DNA of 46,455 nucleotides from Chloroflexota bacterium (GTDB lineage: Bacteria > Chloroflexota > Limnocylindria > Limnocylindrales > CSP1-4), in contig PLZO01000043.1 in the NCBI GenBank assembly GCA_003152165.1, positions 5,967 through 52,421 on the forward strand, given 5' to 3'. Below the pieces are notes generated by a model. It was given only the letters and a program-made list of their open reading frames with translations. It made no database searches and was not told the origin of the DNA. Positions 1-10,422 of this stretch are shown here, one piece after another. Numbering within the stretch: position 1 is the stretch's first letter; each line of letters begins with the position of its first letter. Position numbers and translations under genes: made by a program.

Positions 1-1
1 T

Positions 2-1324
2 CGGTCCAAGACGAAGTTCTGGCAGATGGTTGGACGGGGCACACGACTCTCGCCTGACCTCTTCGGATCAGGCATGGACAAGCAGTTCTTTTCCATCCTC
101 GACTATTGCCAGAACCTGGAGTTCTTCGGCCAGAACCCAGAAGCCACCGACGGCGTGCTCGTTGACTCGCTCGGCAAACGCCTGTTTGTCACGCGTCTGG
201 AACTTGTCGGGGAGCTGGACAAACGGCTGCCCGCAGAGGCCGTGGTCGATTCCTTCAGAGAGTCGCCTGGCACCTATGGCGAGCCGACAAGTGAGACCGA
301 AGTCCGTCGCGCACTGGTGACCGTTCTCCACGGAGAAGTCGCCGCGATGAACACAGAGAACTTCCTCGTGCGACCTCAGCGACGTCTCGTGGAGACATAC
401 GCCAAGCCCGAAGCGTGGACGCACCTGAGCACCGAGGCCGCTATCGAGCTGGCCCACGAAGTTGCCGGGCTGCCGTCCGAGCTCGCGGCAGAGGCCGAAG
501 AGGCGAAGCGGTTCGATCTGCTCCTCCTCAACCTCCAGTTGGCTCTGTTGCGCTCTGAACCTGCCTTTGAACGCCTTCGCGATCAGGTCAAGGCGATCGC
601 TGGCTTGCTGGAGGAGAAGTCAGCCATCCCGATGGTCCGCGCCCAGATGGCGTTGATCCAGGATGTTCAGACCGAGGAATGGTGGCTCGACGTGACCGTG
701 CCGATGCTGGAGTCGGTGCGGCGACGACTGCGGGACCTCGTGAAGCTGATCGAGAAGCGGAAGCGCAAGCCAATCTTCACTGACTTCGCGGATCAGATGG
801 GTGTCGAGACGGCGGTGGAGTTGCCCGGCTTCATCGTCGGCGAGAGCTTCGAGAAGTTCCGCGCCAAGGCGCAGGCGTTCCTGCGCGAACACGAGGGCGA
901 CTTCGCGGTCCGCAAGCTCCGCATGAACCGGGCTCTGACGCCGAGCGACCTCGCGGCCCTGGAGCGGCTGCTGGCCGAGAGCGGCATCGGCGGGAGGGAC
1001 GATATCAACCGCGCCAAGGAACGCTCCCAAGGTCTCGGGTTGTTCGTTCGCTCCATGGTCGGGCTCGACCGGGAGGCCGCCAAGGCGGCGCTCGCGGGAT
1101 TCCTGGCCGGCAAGACCTTCAGTGCGAACCAGATCGAGTTCGTCAACCTGATCGTGGATCACTTGACCGAGCACGGTGTCATGGAGGCGTCACTGCTCTA
1201 CGAGTCGCCGTTCACCGACCTTGCGCCGACCGGCCCAGACGGAATCTTCAGCTCCGCCCAAGTGGACGAGCTGATGGCCGTCCTAGCGAACGTCAGATCG
1301 ACAGCAGTGGGGGTGGCTGCCTGA
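2..1324 (+). CDS. hsdR: Type I restriction enzyme R subunit (EcoEI-like), C-terminal part; 5' end outside window
   Basis: Frame is open from base 2: [15 protein letters not shown] (SF2 helicase motif VI), then [14 protein letters not shown] and an EcoEI_R_C-like tail ([43 protein letters not shown]). Confidence 0.88.
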   Translation, partial: RSKTKFWQMVGRGTRLSPDLFGSGMDKQFFSILDYCQNLEFFGQNPEATDGVLVDSLGKRLFVTRLELVGELDKRLPAEAVVDSFRESPGTYGEPTSETEVRRALVTVLHGEVAAMNTENFLVRPQRRLVETYAKPEAWTHLSTEAAIELAHEVAGLPSELAAEAEEAKRFDLLLLNLQLALLRSEPAFERLRDQVKAIAGLLEEKSAIPMVRAQMALIQDVQTEEWWLDVTVPMLESVRRRLRDLVKLIEKRKRKPIFTDFADQMGVETAVELPGFIVGESFEKFRAKAQAFLREHEGDFAVRKLRMNRALTPSDLAALERLLAESGIGGRDDINRAKERSQGLGLFVRSMVGLDREAAKAALAGFLAGKTFSANQIEFVNLIVDHLTEHGVMEASLLYESPFTDLAPTGPDGIFSSAQVDELMAVLANVRSTAVGVAA

Positions 1325-2145
1325 TGCCGAGCGGCCGTTCATTCTCCGAGCGCCTTGGCCTCCACCAACCGCGGGCCGTGGCTCAGGTCGCCTCGATGGA
1401 CGATGACCTGCGCAACAGGCTGTGGAGCGTGCTCCATCTCCAGTTCTGGCGGCACCTGTACGACCCTTTCGGTGGTGGGACCGCCCAAGAGCTCCTCCTA
1501 AGCGTCTGGGTCAATCACCTGAAGCTTCCGGCTGACACGTTCTCAGTTGACCAAGCGTTCAAGGGACTGCGAGACCTGTTCTTCAAGTGGGCTTGGAATG
1601 AGGTCTACGACGTGCTGGAGTTCGTCGCCAGCGTGGGCTTGGACTGGCAGAAGCAGGAGGCTTATCTGAACGCCTGCAACGCGATCCTCGATCGTGAACT
1701 GGCGGGCTACCGGTTCATCGGTTCGCAGATCGTCCCGATCGCCACGAGCGAGGAACTGAGCGCGATCGAACAGGCAAACCGTGATGCGGGGCCGTACCGG
1801 CCGATCCGAGACCACCTCGCCCAGGCGGCTAGCCTCCTGAGTGACCGAACAAACCCTGACTTCAGGAACTCGATCAAGGAGTCGATCAGCGCGGTGGAAG
1901 CCGCATGCGAGGTTGTATCAGGGCACAAAGGGAGCCTTGGCGACTGTCTCAAGGTGCTCGAGCGAGCCGGCAAGATGCACCCAGCATTCAAGGACGCTCT
2001 CTCGAAGCTCTACGGCTGGACAAGCGATGCACAGGGAATCCGTCACGCACTGATGGATGAACCGACGCTGGATCTTGCCGACGCACGGTTCATGCTCGTT
2101 GTGTGCAGTGGCTTCGTGTCGTACCTGCTAAGCCACAAGCCGTAG
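1324..2145 (+). CDS. AbiJ-NTD4 domain protein with C-terminal HEPN-like domain (putative anti-phage)
   Basis: FSERLG...SMDDDLRNRLWS N-terminus, WNEVYDVLEF, NSIKESISAVEA and LYGWTSDAQGIRH match this family as I recall it. The start overlaps the hsdR stop (TGATG). Confidence 0.75.
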   Translation: MPSGRSFSERLGLHQPRAVAQVASMDDDLRNRLWSVLHLQFWRHLYDPFGGGTAQELLLSVWVNHLKLPADTFSVDQAFKGLRDLFFKWAWNEVYDVLEFVASVGLDWQKQEAYLNACNAILDRELAGYRFIGSQIVPIATSEELSAIEQANRDAGPYRPIRDHLAQAASLLSDRTNPDFRNSIKESISAVEAACEVVSGHKGSLGDCLKVLERAGKMHPAFKDALSKLYGWTSDAQGIRHALMDEPTLDLADARFMLVVCSGFVSYLLSHKP

Positions 2146-2204
2146 AACGGTCCGACGTCTCGTCGCGACGGAAGTGTTCAATCGCGGCGCTACCCCTTTA
2201 CCCC

Positions 2205-2218
2205 CCGCCGGCGTTGAC
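2205..2218. repeat. Target-site duplication copy 1 (CCGCCGGCGTTGAC)
   Basis: Identical to 32274-32287 and 13/14 identical to 12838-12851; flanked by TACCCC and GGGGTAG. Confidence 0.88.
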
Positions 2219-2254
2219 GGGGTAGTAGATAGACCAGCCGGAAGTTGCCGCCCC
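2219..2254 (+). repeat. Left TIR of element B
   Basis: GGGGTAGTAGATAGACCAGCCGGAAGTTGCCGCCCC; 31/36 ungapped identity to the reverse complement of 12802-12837. Confidence 0.88.
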
Positions 2255-2313
2255 CAGCGAGGACTGGTCGTCAAGCCGTCTTGATCTGCCCCGTCGTGCG
2301 GTCGGACCCGCGG

Positions 2314-3354
2314 TCAGGACGTTGGCCTAGGCAAGATCTGGACACCGAACACCGCGATCAGGACCGCGAGCACCGCTACGAGGACATCATTTGCAAATGG
2401 ATATGCGGACCCGAAGGTGGGCGTCTTCTCGAGTCCATCGATCTTGATGTCCGAGATTTGCGCAGGGTCCGGAACGACCTGTAGTGGTGGATCTTCAGGG
2501 CGAAAAGACAACTCGAAGGAGGTCGTCCTAGTGAACTCCAGACCCAGGGTAGTGTCGGAGGTCAGGGTGTAGTCCTGAGTCGAAGCCTCAATCGTTCCTG
2601 TGGCGCCCTTGAGTGAAATGTTATCCCCCGTGGCGACTACTGCGGTGGGATAACCAACGCCCTGAACAATTATCACCGGGCTCTCTCCGGGGCCGCATCC
2701 GGGTACTCCGATCCCCTTCGAGACCACTTGGATCATCTTGGTCGGCGCTCCCCCAACGCGGCGAGTGAAATACGTCTGCTCTCCATTGCCGATCGACAAG
2801 GTTCCAGCCTTCGCCGGGTCGAGCATCAGGGTGAGGGGGGTTTGTCCGCCTTCGATACATGCGTCATACCGTCCGCCTACTGAGGTCGGGTACTCGGTCA
2901 AGGTGCTGGCCTGCAGGCCGCTTGCACTTCCTGTCAGGGCGGTACCAACTGACCATGTGAATTGAAGCGGGCCATTTGTCGATAGACCCTTGTCGCAGGA
3001 GCCGGCGAGGTGGGTCGCCAGCGCAGCGCATGTGGCGTCATCAAGTCCGATCTCAATCGACGCCCCAGACCAAGCATTGAGTACGTCGAGTTCCGTCACG
3101 GAGGACTGCAGCGAGAGAGTGCCTGTCGACGTCTCGGAGCTTGTGAGCAGTTGAGTACCATCTGCGATGTGGGTCGCCTGAAGGTGTACCGGGCTTGGGG
3201 CTCGCGTTACACCGACGACTACCAGGCCTGCTATGTCGAGCACTATCAACGCAAAGGTAAACGCCACGCTCGTGCGCCTCAGCCTCAAACCAGACGTGGG
3301 ACGCGAGGGCTTGCCACCATCGACTGGATGATCCGGGCGTGATTCGCTAGCCAA
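2314..3354 (-). CDS. Hypothetical membrane-anchored protein
   Basis: 346-aa ORF with hydrophobic N- and C-terminal segments around an S/T/G-rich beta-type region; overlaps the hsdS stop. No family recognised. Confidence 0.55.
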   Translation of the reverse strand: MASESRPDHPVDGGKPSRPTSGLRLRRTSVAFTFALIVLDIAGLVVVGVTRAPSPVHLQATHIADGTQLLTSSETSTGTLSLQSSVTELDVLNAWSGASIEIGLDDATCAALATHLAGSCDKGLSTNGPLQFTWSVGTALTGSASGLQASTLTEYPTSVGGRYDACIEGGQTPLTLMLDPAKAGTLSIGNGEQTYFTRRVGGAPTKMIQVVSKGIGVPGCGPGESPVIIVQGVGYPTAVVATGDNISLKGATGTIEASTQDYTLTSDTTLGLEFTRTTSFELSFRPEDPPLQVVPDPAQISDIKIDGLEKTPTFGSAYPFANDVLVAVLAVLIAVFGVQILPRPTS

Positions 3355-4552
3355 GGTCTGGGAGGTCGCCAGTCACACGGCCCATGAAAGCGGCCACGAT
3401 GCTCTCGGTGAGCTTCGCCCGTTGCTCAAACAGCCTCTCAAGCCCCCCTAAGCGCTCTTTGATTGTGTCCAGGCGTCTCACAACGCGCTCCTGCTCTCCC
3501 AAGGATGGGAGTGGGATCGGAACTTGCTGGAGATCGCGGAGGTTGAGTTCGGTGAGGCGGAAGCCTACCTTCTGCCGAGCCCAGTCTCCTCGCTCTCGAC
3601 TTCGGAGCTGGAACTGCCCTTGTGCGCCCAGGAGGTAGGCGTACAAATAGGTCGGAGTGACCTGTGCTCGATCGGCTCGCGCGATGGCGATATGAGTGTC
3701 GGTCGAAGCGATCACGTCCGGGTCATCGAACCGAGCCACGCGCCCCAGGCAACCTGCAGCTGAGCAGGCCACTAGGACATCTCCGGGTTTCAGCAGCGCC
3801 GCCGGTGGCACTCGGGAGGCGGCTCCAGGGTCGAGCGTGGCACTCGAGGGGACGTACCGACCCATCTGGACGTGCTGCGTCTTGATCAAGACATGGTCGG
3901 AAGGGCCCTGGGCAGACTGGCGCCCGCGGGCCAGGAATTCCGTCACGTCCGCAAGTTCTGGTGCGCCCAGCAATGCATCGTCCGGCCAGATCTCGAACTC
4001 TTTGGCGGCGAGGTATTCCTCCGCCGCCGACATGCCGGTCGCTTCGGCGCGCTCTAGAAGTTGGACGCTTGTCGACGTCCGATCCAGGACTCCGATCCAC
4101 GCGCGCTGTATTTCGATAGCCGGCAACGGGATGCGTACCTGCAAGAAACGCTCCGGCGTCACCCGGTTCTTGCCGCTCGTTCCTCGGGCTTGAGCGTCGC
4201 ATGCCGCCCAAAACCAAGGGGCACGGGCGATCCATCCAACCCATTCAGGAAGGAGCCGGGTGCCGTCTCACACGAGGGTCGGAAACTCAGCCGAGACGAA
4301 GGCGCCCTCTAGCTGGGCAGGAACTGAACCTACAGCGCCGTGACGCGCCCAGATCTTGTTGATCAATACGTCGCCATCGGCGAGTCGGAATAGAGCCGGC
4401 GCCCGAACGTCCGAGCCGTCAACCTGCTCCCGCTCGTAAGGTCCAAAGCCCCACCAATGGACGCCCACCTGTCGGTACGACTCGCCCGGGACCGGTACGA
4501 CCGCACGCTCAACGCGCTCCAGGACGTCCCCGAGCGGCGTCCAAGCGTTCAC
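3347..4552 (-). pseudogene. hsdS: Type I R-M specificity subunit with an in-frame TGA at 4268-4270
   Basis: ORFs 4268-4552 and 3347-4162 are in the same frame: SAEFPTLV*DGTRLLPEWVGWIARAPWFW...IPLPAIEIQ. The second TRD ends IPLPSLGEQERVV. Lies downstream of hsdM. Confidence 0.82.
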
Positions 4553-6110
4553 TGGATCCTCGTCTCCGCGTCAAGTTCTCGGAGGAGGCCCAACTGCTCA
4601 AGGATCTGGTTTTCGAGCGTGGCAAGCTCCTCGAGAAGGGCACTCGGGTCCTTGATCGATGCCCTGCCCGCAGCCTGCGGATTCCGAACATCAAGATTGC
4701 ATCCGCTCGCGAGGAGCTCGGCCACTGGGACTCTCCACGCCCGAGGCTCTTCCACGCGCGATGACCACCACGCGGCGCAGGCAGCCAGGTCCGACGACTG
4801 GATCGGGCTCGTCTTGCTGAACTGCTTCCGACCATCGGGGAGTGCAACTTCGTAGTACCAGACCTCTTCCGATGGCGTACTGGTGTCGAAGAAGAGCAGG
4901 TTCGTATTGATACTGGTGTAGGGAGAGAAGACCCCGTTGGGCAGGCGGACGATGGTGTGAAGATTGAAGCGGGTGAGTAGCTCTTCCTTGATCCGAGCCG
5001 CTGGGCCGCCGGCGAACAGGATCCCGTTGGGCACGACTACCGCCGCCCTCGCTGGCGCCTTGCCTTGGACCACGCGCCGCCGGAGTTTGCGCATGATGAG
5101 TTGTAGGAATAGAAGGGCTGTTTCGGCCGTCTGCCGGTCTGGCGGAAAGTTGTCCAAGATTCCACGTTCCTCCTCCCCACCGAAGGGTGGATTCGTGAGG
5201 ATGACATCAACTCTCTCCCTTTCGCCAATCTCAGCGACCTTGACGGCGAGACTATTGCCAGTGCTGATCTGAGGAAACTCGACGCCATGCAACAGAAGGT
5301 TCATCTGAGCGAGTAGGTAAGGGAGCGGCTTAGCCTCCCCACCCACAACGCTGCGACCTAACGTCACCCTGTCCGCAATCGTTTGGGCCTGCGGGAGAAG
5401 ATGCAGGTATGACTCGACCAGGAAGCCCCCCGTACCGCACGCCGGGTCCAGAACGATCTCGCCGATCTTAGGAGCCAACATCTCGACCATGAATCGGACC
5501 ACTGGCCGAGGCGTGTAGAACTCGCCTGAGTCGCCGGCAGCGTCGCGCATCTCACGGAGCATGGACTCGTACAACGTCCCGAGCGTGTGAATCTCCTCGG
5601 AACTCGCGAAATGGATCTCGTCGACCTTGTTGATAACGTCCCGAAGTAGGTATCCGTTGATCATGCGGTTGACGGCACCGCGGAAGACGGTCGCGATCAC
5701 ATCCCGCCGATCACCGCTGTCGTCGCCTTGAAGCTGCCGAAGGTATGCGAATAGGCCGAGCCCGGTCTCGCCGCCGGGCATTGTCGCTTGGTCGTTGTTG
5801 ATAAACGCAATGAGAGCCTCGCCAGAGATACCGTCGTCTGGCGACGCCCAGTCCCGCCACCGATACGGTGGTTCGACTGCTGGGATAAACCTACGACCAT
5901 CCAACTCCGTCTCGGTCTGTCGGACTCGTTCCATGACGTCAGGAATTTGAGAAACATGATCCAGGTGAGCATCGGCAGACGGTCGAGGTCGCCATTGAGA
6001 CCTTTGTCCTTCCGCATGATGTCGCGGGCGGCCTTGACAATGCTTGAGAGACGCTGGGCAGTTGTAATGGGGTCAGCGGCTCGGGCGGGCTCACGCATCG
6101 CTCTTGTCAT
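4549..6110 (-). pseudogene. hsdM: Type I R-M N6-adenine methyltransferase with a frameshift near 5941
   Basis: The N-terminus (ARDIMRKDKGLNGDLDRLPMLTWIMFLKFL) is in a different frame from the body (GEFYTPR, LDPACGTGGFL, NPPF). One added base would restore FLKFLDVMER. Confidence 0.85.
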
Positions 6111-8494
6111 CAGCTCACGTACAAGAGCGTTTGGAGTTCGGCGACGGCAACGCGAAGGCGCTCTGATCCGCCGAAGGCAGTTGCGATCTCGAGAACATTC
6201 CCGCGATTGGAGATTGGCGGAACCTTGAGAATGTCTGGGATCTGGAATTGAGCCGTCCCGTGGTCAGCGTACTTCTCCAGCAGGTCACTAAGGATCTCTT
6301 TCGCCTCCAGTCCGAACTGATCAAAGAATGCGGCCTCGTCTCTGTGTACGCGGTCTGCTCGCTCTCGACGGGATCGTAGTGGTGAGCTGAATGCGACAAA
6401 ACAGAGCAGGTCGAACGGATCGGCCTCTGGGTGATTCGCCGCCGTTGCAAGGGTCTCGAAGTCAATCCCTCGTCTCTCCAGCTCAGCGATCACGGTCGCG
6501 CGATCTCCTGGGGACCTCCAAGCATCCCGTAGTGCGGCGGCTGTCGGGAACAAGGTCCGGACCTGGTCGGCGGTGTAGTCGGTGAACTTGACCACCCGAA
6601 GCTGGCGACCCTCTGGGTCGAGCTCGTAGACGAGGTGAGCGACGATCTCGACCGTGCCGGCGTCGACGTAGAACTTTCGCGGTGGTCCTGGCTCCTCGGC
6701 CGTCGCGTGGATGAGCGCCGTTCCTGCGACTTCGAAATCTTCCCGATCAGCCACAGAGGCATTCGTTTCGGTCTCAGCGAGACTCCCGGGTATCGTCACT
6801 CCCTGATCGTCGACTCGCTCCTCAATGACTGCGACCGGATCGCCATCGAAGTCCGGATCGGCGAACGCCCGGGTGGCTGAGCCTGTGTAATCGAGGATCG
6901 TGAAGAAGAGCTTTCCGTAGTCGTCACGTACCCGGGTGCCCCGGCCGATGATCTGTTTGAACTCGACCATGGAGTTCACAACCCGCGCGAGCACGATGTT
7001 CTTGGTGGTTGGCGCATCGACCCCGGTCGTGAGGAGCTGCGACGTCGTCAGGATCGTCGGCGTGAGCGTCTCGAGCTCCTGGAAATGTCCCAAATGAGCT
7101 CGGCCGACTAGTCCCTCGTCCGAGGTTACCCGGCAGACGTAGTCGGGTTGCTCCGCGACGATGTCCACGTTGAGGTTACTCAGGGCCGCCCGCATCTCGC
7201 TCGCGTGCTCCTGGTCAACGCAGAAGACGATCGTCTTGGCGAAACGATCAGTCGACTTCAGGTAGTCGGTAAGGTGCTGGGCAATCGCGTCGGTTCGAGC
7301 CCGGAGGGCTATGACTCGCTCGAAGTCTGCAGTTTGATACTCGTCGTCTGGGATCTCGCGCCCGTACCGGTCGAGCTCCCCGGCTGTCGGCCGCCAACCT
7401 GCGGCGTCGTACGTCGTGACGACGCGATGGACGCGGTAGGGAGCTAGGAAGCCATCGTCGATGCCCTGGCGGAGGCTGTAGGTGTAGACGGGAGCTCCGA
7501 AGTAAGCGTAGGTGTTGCGGTTCTCCTCTCGAAGCGGCGTGGCTGTCATGCCGAGCTGGAACGCCGGAGCGAACCAATCGAGAATGTCTCGCCAGCGGCT
7601 CTCGTCCCGGGCGCTTCCGCGGTGGGCCTCGTCGACGATCACGAGGTCGAAGAAGTCGCGCGGATATTCGCGATAGAGCCCAGGTCGCGCTTCGTCCTCG
7701 GCGATCGCCTGATACGTGGAGAAATACAGCTCACGCGACTTGATCGCGTTCCCGTCCTCAATCTTCCAGCGCGCATCGCCAAACGGCGCGAAGATCCTGT
7801 CCTTCGGATCGTCGACGAGGATGTTCCGGTCCGCGAGGTAAAGGATCCGCGGTTTGGCCCGCTCGCCATCGCGGCTCCAGCCGGCCGACCAGAGCTTCCA
7901 ACAGATCTGGAACGCCACGACCGTCTTTCCGGTGCCGGTCGCCATCGTCAGGAGAGTCCGTGGCTGGCCGGCTAGGATCGCTTGGATGACCCGGTTGATC
8001 GCGACCTGTTGGTAATACCGAGGCGTCTTACCCGAGTCATGGAAGGCGGGCGAGAGAACCCGGGCGGCCTTCGTCTCGTCGTCCAATGCCGTCGCGCCGC
8101 GGTAGCGTTCCCAGAGGTCGGTTGGACTCGGGAAGGCCTCGAGGGTCCGCTCGAGTCCTGTCGAGAAGTCGAACTCGATGATGCCGGAGCCGTTAGTCGA
8201 GTAGGCGAATCGGAGGTCGAGGATCTGGGCGTAGTCCTTGGCCTGCTGGAGCCCGTCCGCGGGCAACTTGTAGGCCGCCTTCGCCTCGACGACCGCGATG
8301 GGGAAATCGCGAGTCAGCCGAAGGAGATAGTCAGCACGCCTGCCTGGACGTCGGCGAGCCTTGCCTCCCGTCACGACGATCCGGCCGTCGGTGAAGGTCA
8401 CTTGCTCGGTGTAGGAGTGCGGGAGGTCATTCCAGCCCGCCGCGTCGAGCCGGGGCTCGACGTATTTCCGGCAGGTGTCAGCCTCGTTGATCAA
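6110..8494 (-). CDS. hsdR: Type I restriction enzyme R subunit (EcoEI-like), apparently intact
   Basis: NEADTC start, ADYLL...VVEAK nuclease motif, MATGTGKT, DEAH, TATP, QIIGRGTR and an EcoEI_R_C tail. Confidence 0.93.
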   Translation of the reverse strand: MINEADTCRKYVEPRLDAAGWNDLPHSYTEQVTFTDGRIVVTGGKARRRPGRRADYLLRLTRDFPIAVVEAKAAYKLPADGLQQAKDYAQILDLRFAYSTNGSGIIEFDFSTGLERTLEAFPSPTDLWERYRGATALDDETKAARVLSPAFHDSGKTPRYYQQVAINRVIQAILAGQPRTLLTMATGTGKTVVAFQICWKLWSAGWSRDGERAKPRILYLADRNILVDDPKDRIFAPFGDARWKIEDGNAIKSRELYFSTYQAIAEDEARPGLYREYPRDFFDLVIVDEAHRGSARDESRWRDILDWFAPAFQLGMTATPLREENRNTYAYFGAPVYTYSLRQGIDDGFLAPYRVHRVVTTYDAAGWRPTAGELDRYGREIPDDEYQTADFERVIALRARTDAIAQHLTDYLKSTDRFAKTIVFCVDQEHASEMRAALSNLNVDIVAEQPDYVCRVTSDEGLVGRAHLGHFQELETLTPTILTTSQLLTTGVDAPTTKNIVLARVVNSMVEFKQIIGRGTRVRDDYGKLFFTILDYTGSATRAFADPDFDGDPVAVIEERVDDQGVTIPGSLAETETNASVADREDFEVAGTALIHATAEEPGPPRKFYVDAGTVEIVAHLVYELDPEGRQLRVVKFTDYTADQVRTLFPTAAALRDAWRSPGDRATVIAELERRGIDFETLATAANHPEADPFDLLCFVAFSSPLRSRRERADRVHRDEAAFFDQFGLEAKEILSDLLEKYADHGTAQFQIPDILKVPPISNRGNVLEIATAFGGSERLRVAVAELQTLLYVS

Positions 8495-8553
8495 ACGTGA
8501 TTCCCCCGATGCGACGGCCTCGAGTCTACGCGGTGCGTGAGACCGGCCACGCG

Positions 8554-9348
8554 CTACTGGGTCATCTCGTCATCGAGGAGGTAATTTGCCGTTCGGAGGT
8601 CCCCTACGGCCGCCTCGCGCCGACCCGTGCGCCAATGCAGCGCTGATGGATGAAATGTCGGCACGACTGAAGCCGCGCCGAGCAAGAAGATCCGACCATG
8701 GTCCCGCTCGACCTGCCGGTCCGCTCCTAAGAGCCTCCGGAGTGGGATCAGGCCGAGCGTGACGATCACGCGCGGCGTGACGGCTGCGACCTGAGCGTCG
8801 AGGTATGGCGCGCACGCGGCGATCTCGTCGGGCTTGGGATCGCGATCCCCGAGCGGGTGACAGAGCACCGTATTCGTTACGTACGCCTTATGGCGTACGA
8901 GACCGGCTTCGATGAGCAGCGAGTCGAGGATTTGCCCCGCTTTCCCGATGAACGGGCGACCAGCGCGATCCTCATCTTGACCTGGGGCTTCGCCTAGAAG
9001 GAGTAGGCCGGAGGTCCCGAGCCCCTCACCAAAGACTACCTTGGTCCGACTTTGGGCGAGCGGACACCGCCGACATTCCAGCGCCTCAGTACGGAGCGGC
9101 TTGAGCCCGACGGGGATAGCGGGCCAACGAGAACTCAGTTCGGCGCTCCCGGTGCGGTCGCGCGGAACTGTAGGCTCTAGCGATTGCGGTTGTCTAGGTG
9201 CCCCTTCGGCGCTTGCGCGGGTCGTTCGCGCGGAGCGCCTCGTCTGCCAAATACGCGGCGACGGCGGCCTCGGTGGTGAACCAGTCGCGCCCGAGCTTGC
9301 GTGCGACGAGCCTGCCGTTCCTGGCCAGGAGGCGGAGGTGCGAGGCAC
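8554..9348 (-). CDS. Family 4 uracil-DNA glycosylase (true start uncertain, probably downstream of 9194)
   Basis: CRRCPL, GEAPGQDED...PFIGKAG, TNTVLCHP and TFHPS motifs of Fe-S type-4 UDG. Confidence 0.85.
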   Translation of the reverse strand: MPRTSASWPGTAGSSHASSGATGSPPRPPSPRIWQTRRSARTTRASAEGAPRQPQSLEPTVPRDRTGSAELSSRWPAIPVGLKPLRTEALECRRCPLAQSRTKVVFGEGLGTSGLLLLGEAPGQDEDRAGRPFIGKAGQILDSLLIEAGLVRHKAYVTNTVLCHPLGDRDPKPDEIAACAPYLDAQVAAVTPRVIVTLGLIPLRRLLGADRQVERDHGRIFLLGAASVVPTFHPSALHWRTGRREAAVGDLRTANYLLDDEMTQ

Positions 9349-9475
9349 TCAGCCCGGAGCGAGCCGCCGCCTCGCGCAACGACAACAGGTCGTCCGCCAA
9401 GGCGGCCTCGGAGCAGGGCTTAGGTGTCCGAAGTCTACTGGCGGCCTTGCGTCTGCGAAACTGCCCTGATGACAC
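9194..9475 (-). CDS. Excisionase-like helix-turn-helix DNA-binding protein
   Basis: LLSLREAAARSGLSASHLRLLARNGRLVARKLGRDWF is typical of HTH_17/Xis-like proteins. Confidence 0.75.
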   Translation of the reverse strand: MSSGQFRRRKAASRLRTPKPCSEAALADDLLSLREAAARSGLSASHLRLLARNGRLVARKLGRDWFTTEAAVAAYLADEALRANDPRKRRRGT

Positions 9476-10422
9476 TTGGACATCTGCCCGCGGCCGACGC
9501 GGCGCTCTTGCGACGGTGGCTGACAGCTCTCGGTCTCTTGGCGAGTGCCGAGGAGTTGGTCCGTCGCGGCGACGATGCGGCGTGTTCGACCTCGCTCATT
9601 GCCGCCGATTCGGCGTGTGAGGCCGTTCTTGGGATCCTCGGCACGTGGTCGGCCCTGTCGCTGAAGCAAGAACCGACGTACAACGGGCTCATGGGTCGAG
9701 CGATCGACGCTGCTTCGCAAGCAGGGAGCTCTCTCAACGTTGGGCTGCTCGCAGATCTCCGAACAACCCGCGCGACAAGGAACACGGCCATGCATCACGG
9801 AGCAACAGCCACCGCGGCGCAGGCTGCGTTAGCCTGCCAGTGCGCCCGTCGCCTCCTTGATGTCCTGCCGGCTGTATCGACCAGGTTTGGCGCGCTTCAG
9901 CCCGGCGCCGGCATCGTTACGGCTATCGCCTCTCTTATCAATGCCCCCGACCTAGCTGAGCAGTTCGCGCTTGGCGAGCGAGCGCTGGCGGCCGGCGAGG
10001 CGGTCGAGGCCGCCGACGCAGCTTCTCGCGCTCATTCGGCCCTCCTTTATCGATTGGACCCACCGATGGGTCGTGAGCATCCGGGGCCTCTCTCGCCTTT
10101 CGACCTGAGGGAACTCGGCCGCGGCCGGCGCTACATCGAAGGGCTCGGCGAGAGCGTCGTCGAGCTTCAAGGGTGGGTGAACGCCTCAGCCCTAGGCTTG
10201 GAGCCCGTGAAGTACCGCAAACTCCGTAAGACGCTGGGGCTCCACCTGCAGTTCGCGGGCGGGACGGACGCAATCCGTCGCGAGCAGGTTCCGACCCTTG
10301 AGGCGTCCCGCTTGGCACTGGTCACCGTTGCCGAGATGGCCTTTCGCCTCTGGCAACTTGGCGGGCTTCTCGAAGGGACTCAGAAAGAGGTCATTCAGTC
10401 CCGATACGGCAACCGCTCCTGA
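9424..10422 (+). CDS. Hypothetical alpha-helical protein, possibly HEPN-like (start may be ATG 9469)
   Basis: 332-aa ORF with an RNTAMH (Rx4H) motif following a helical region; family not firmly recognised. Confidence 0.5.
   Translation: MSEVYWRPCVCETALMTLGHLPAADAALLRRWLTALGLLASAEELVRRGDDAACSTSLIAADSACEAVLGILGTWSALSLKQEPTYNGLMGRAIDAASQAGSSLNVGLLADLRTTRATRNTAMHHGATATAAQAALACQCARRLLDVLPAVSTRFGALQPGAGIVTAIASLINAPDLAEQFALGERALAAGEAVEAADAASRAHSALLYRLDPPMGREHPGPLSPFDLRELGRGRRYIEGLGESVVELQGWVNASALGLEPVKYRKLRKTLGLHLQFAGGTDAIRREQVPTLEASRLALVTVAEMAFRLWQLGGLLEGTQKEVIQSRYGNRS

Larger units (their letters stand above)
1..2204. mobile_element. Right end of a probable third casposon-like element (element A)
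   Basis: Ends in TACCCCTTTACCCC directly before the 14-bp target duplication, the same junction structure as elements B and C. The left end and core genes are outside the window. Confidence 0.6.

Noticed and set aside
4268-4270. TGA in hsdS as selenocysteine or an alternative genetic code
   Set aside because: Other genes here use TGA as a normal stop, there is no catalytic Cys context, and neighbouring genes are also decayed.
5935-5950. Phase variation or programmed frameshift in hsdM
   Set aside because: No homopolymer, simple repeat or slippery heptamer at the shift.
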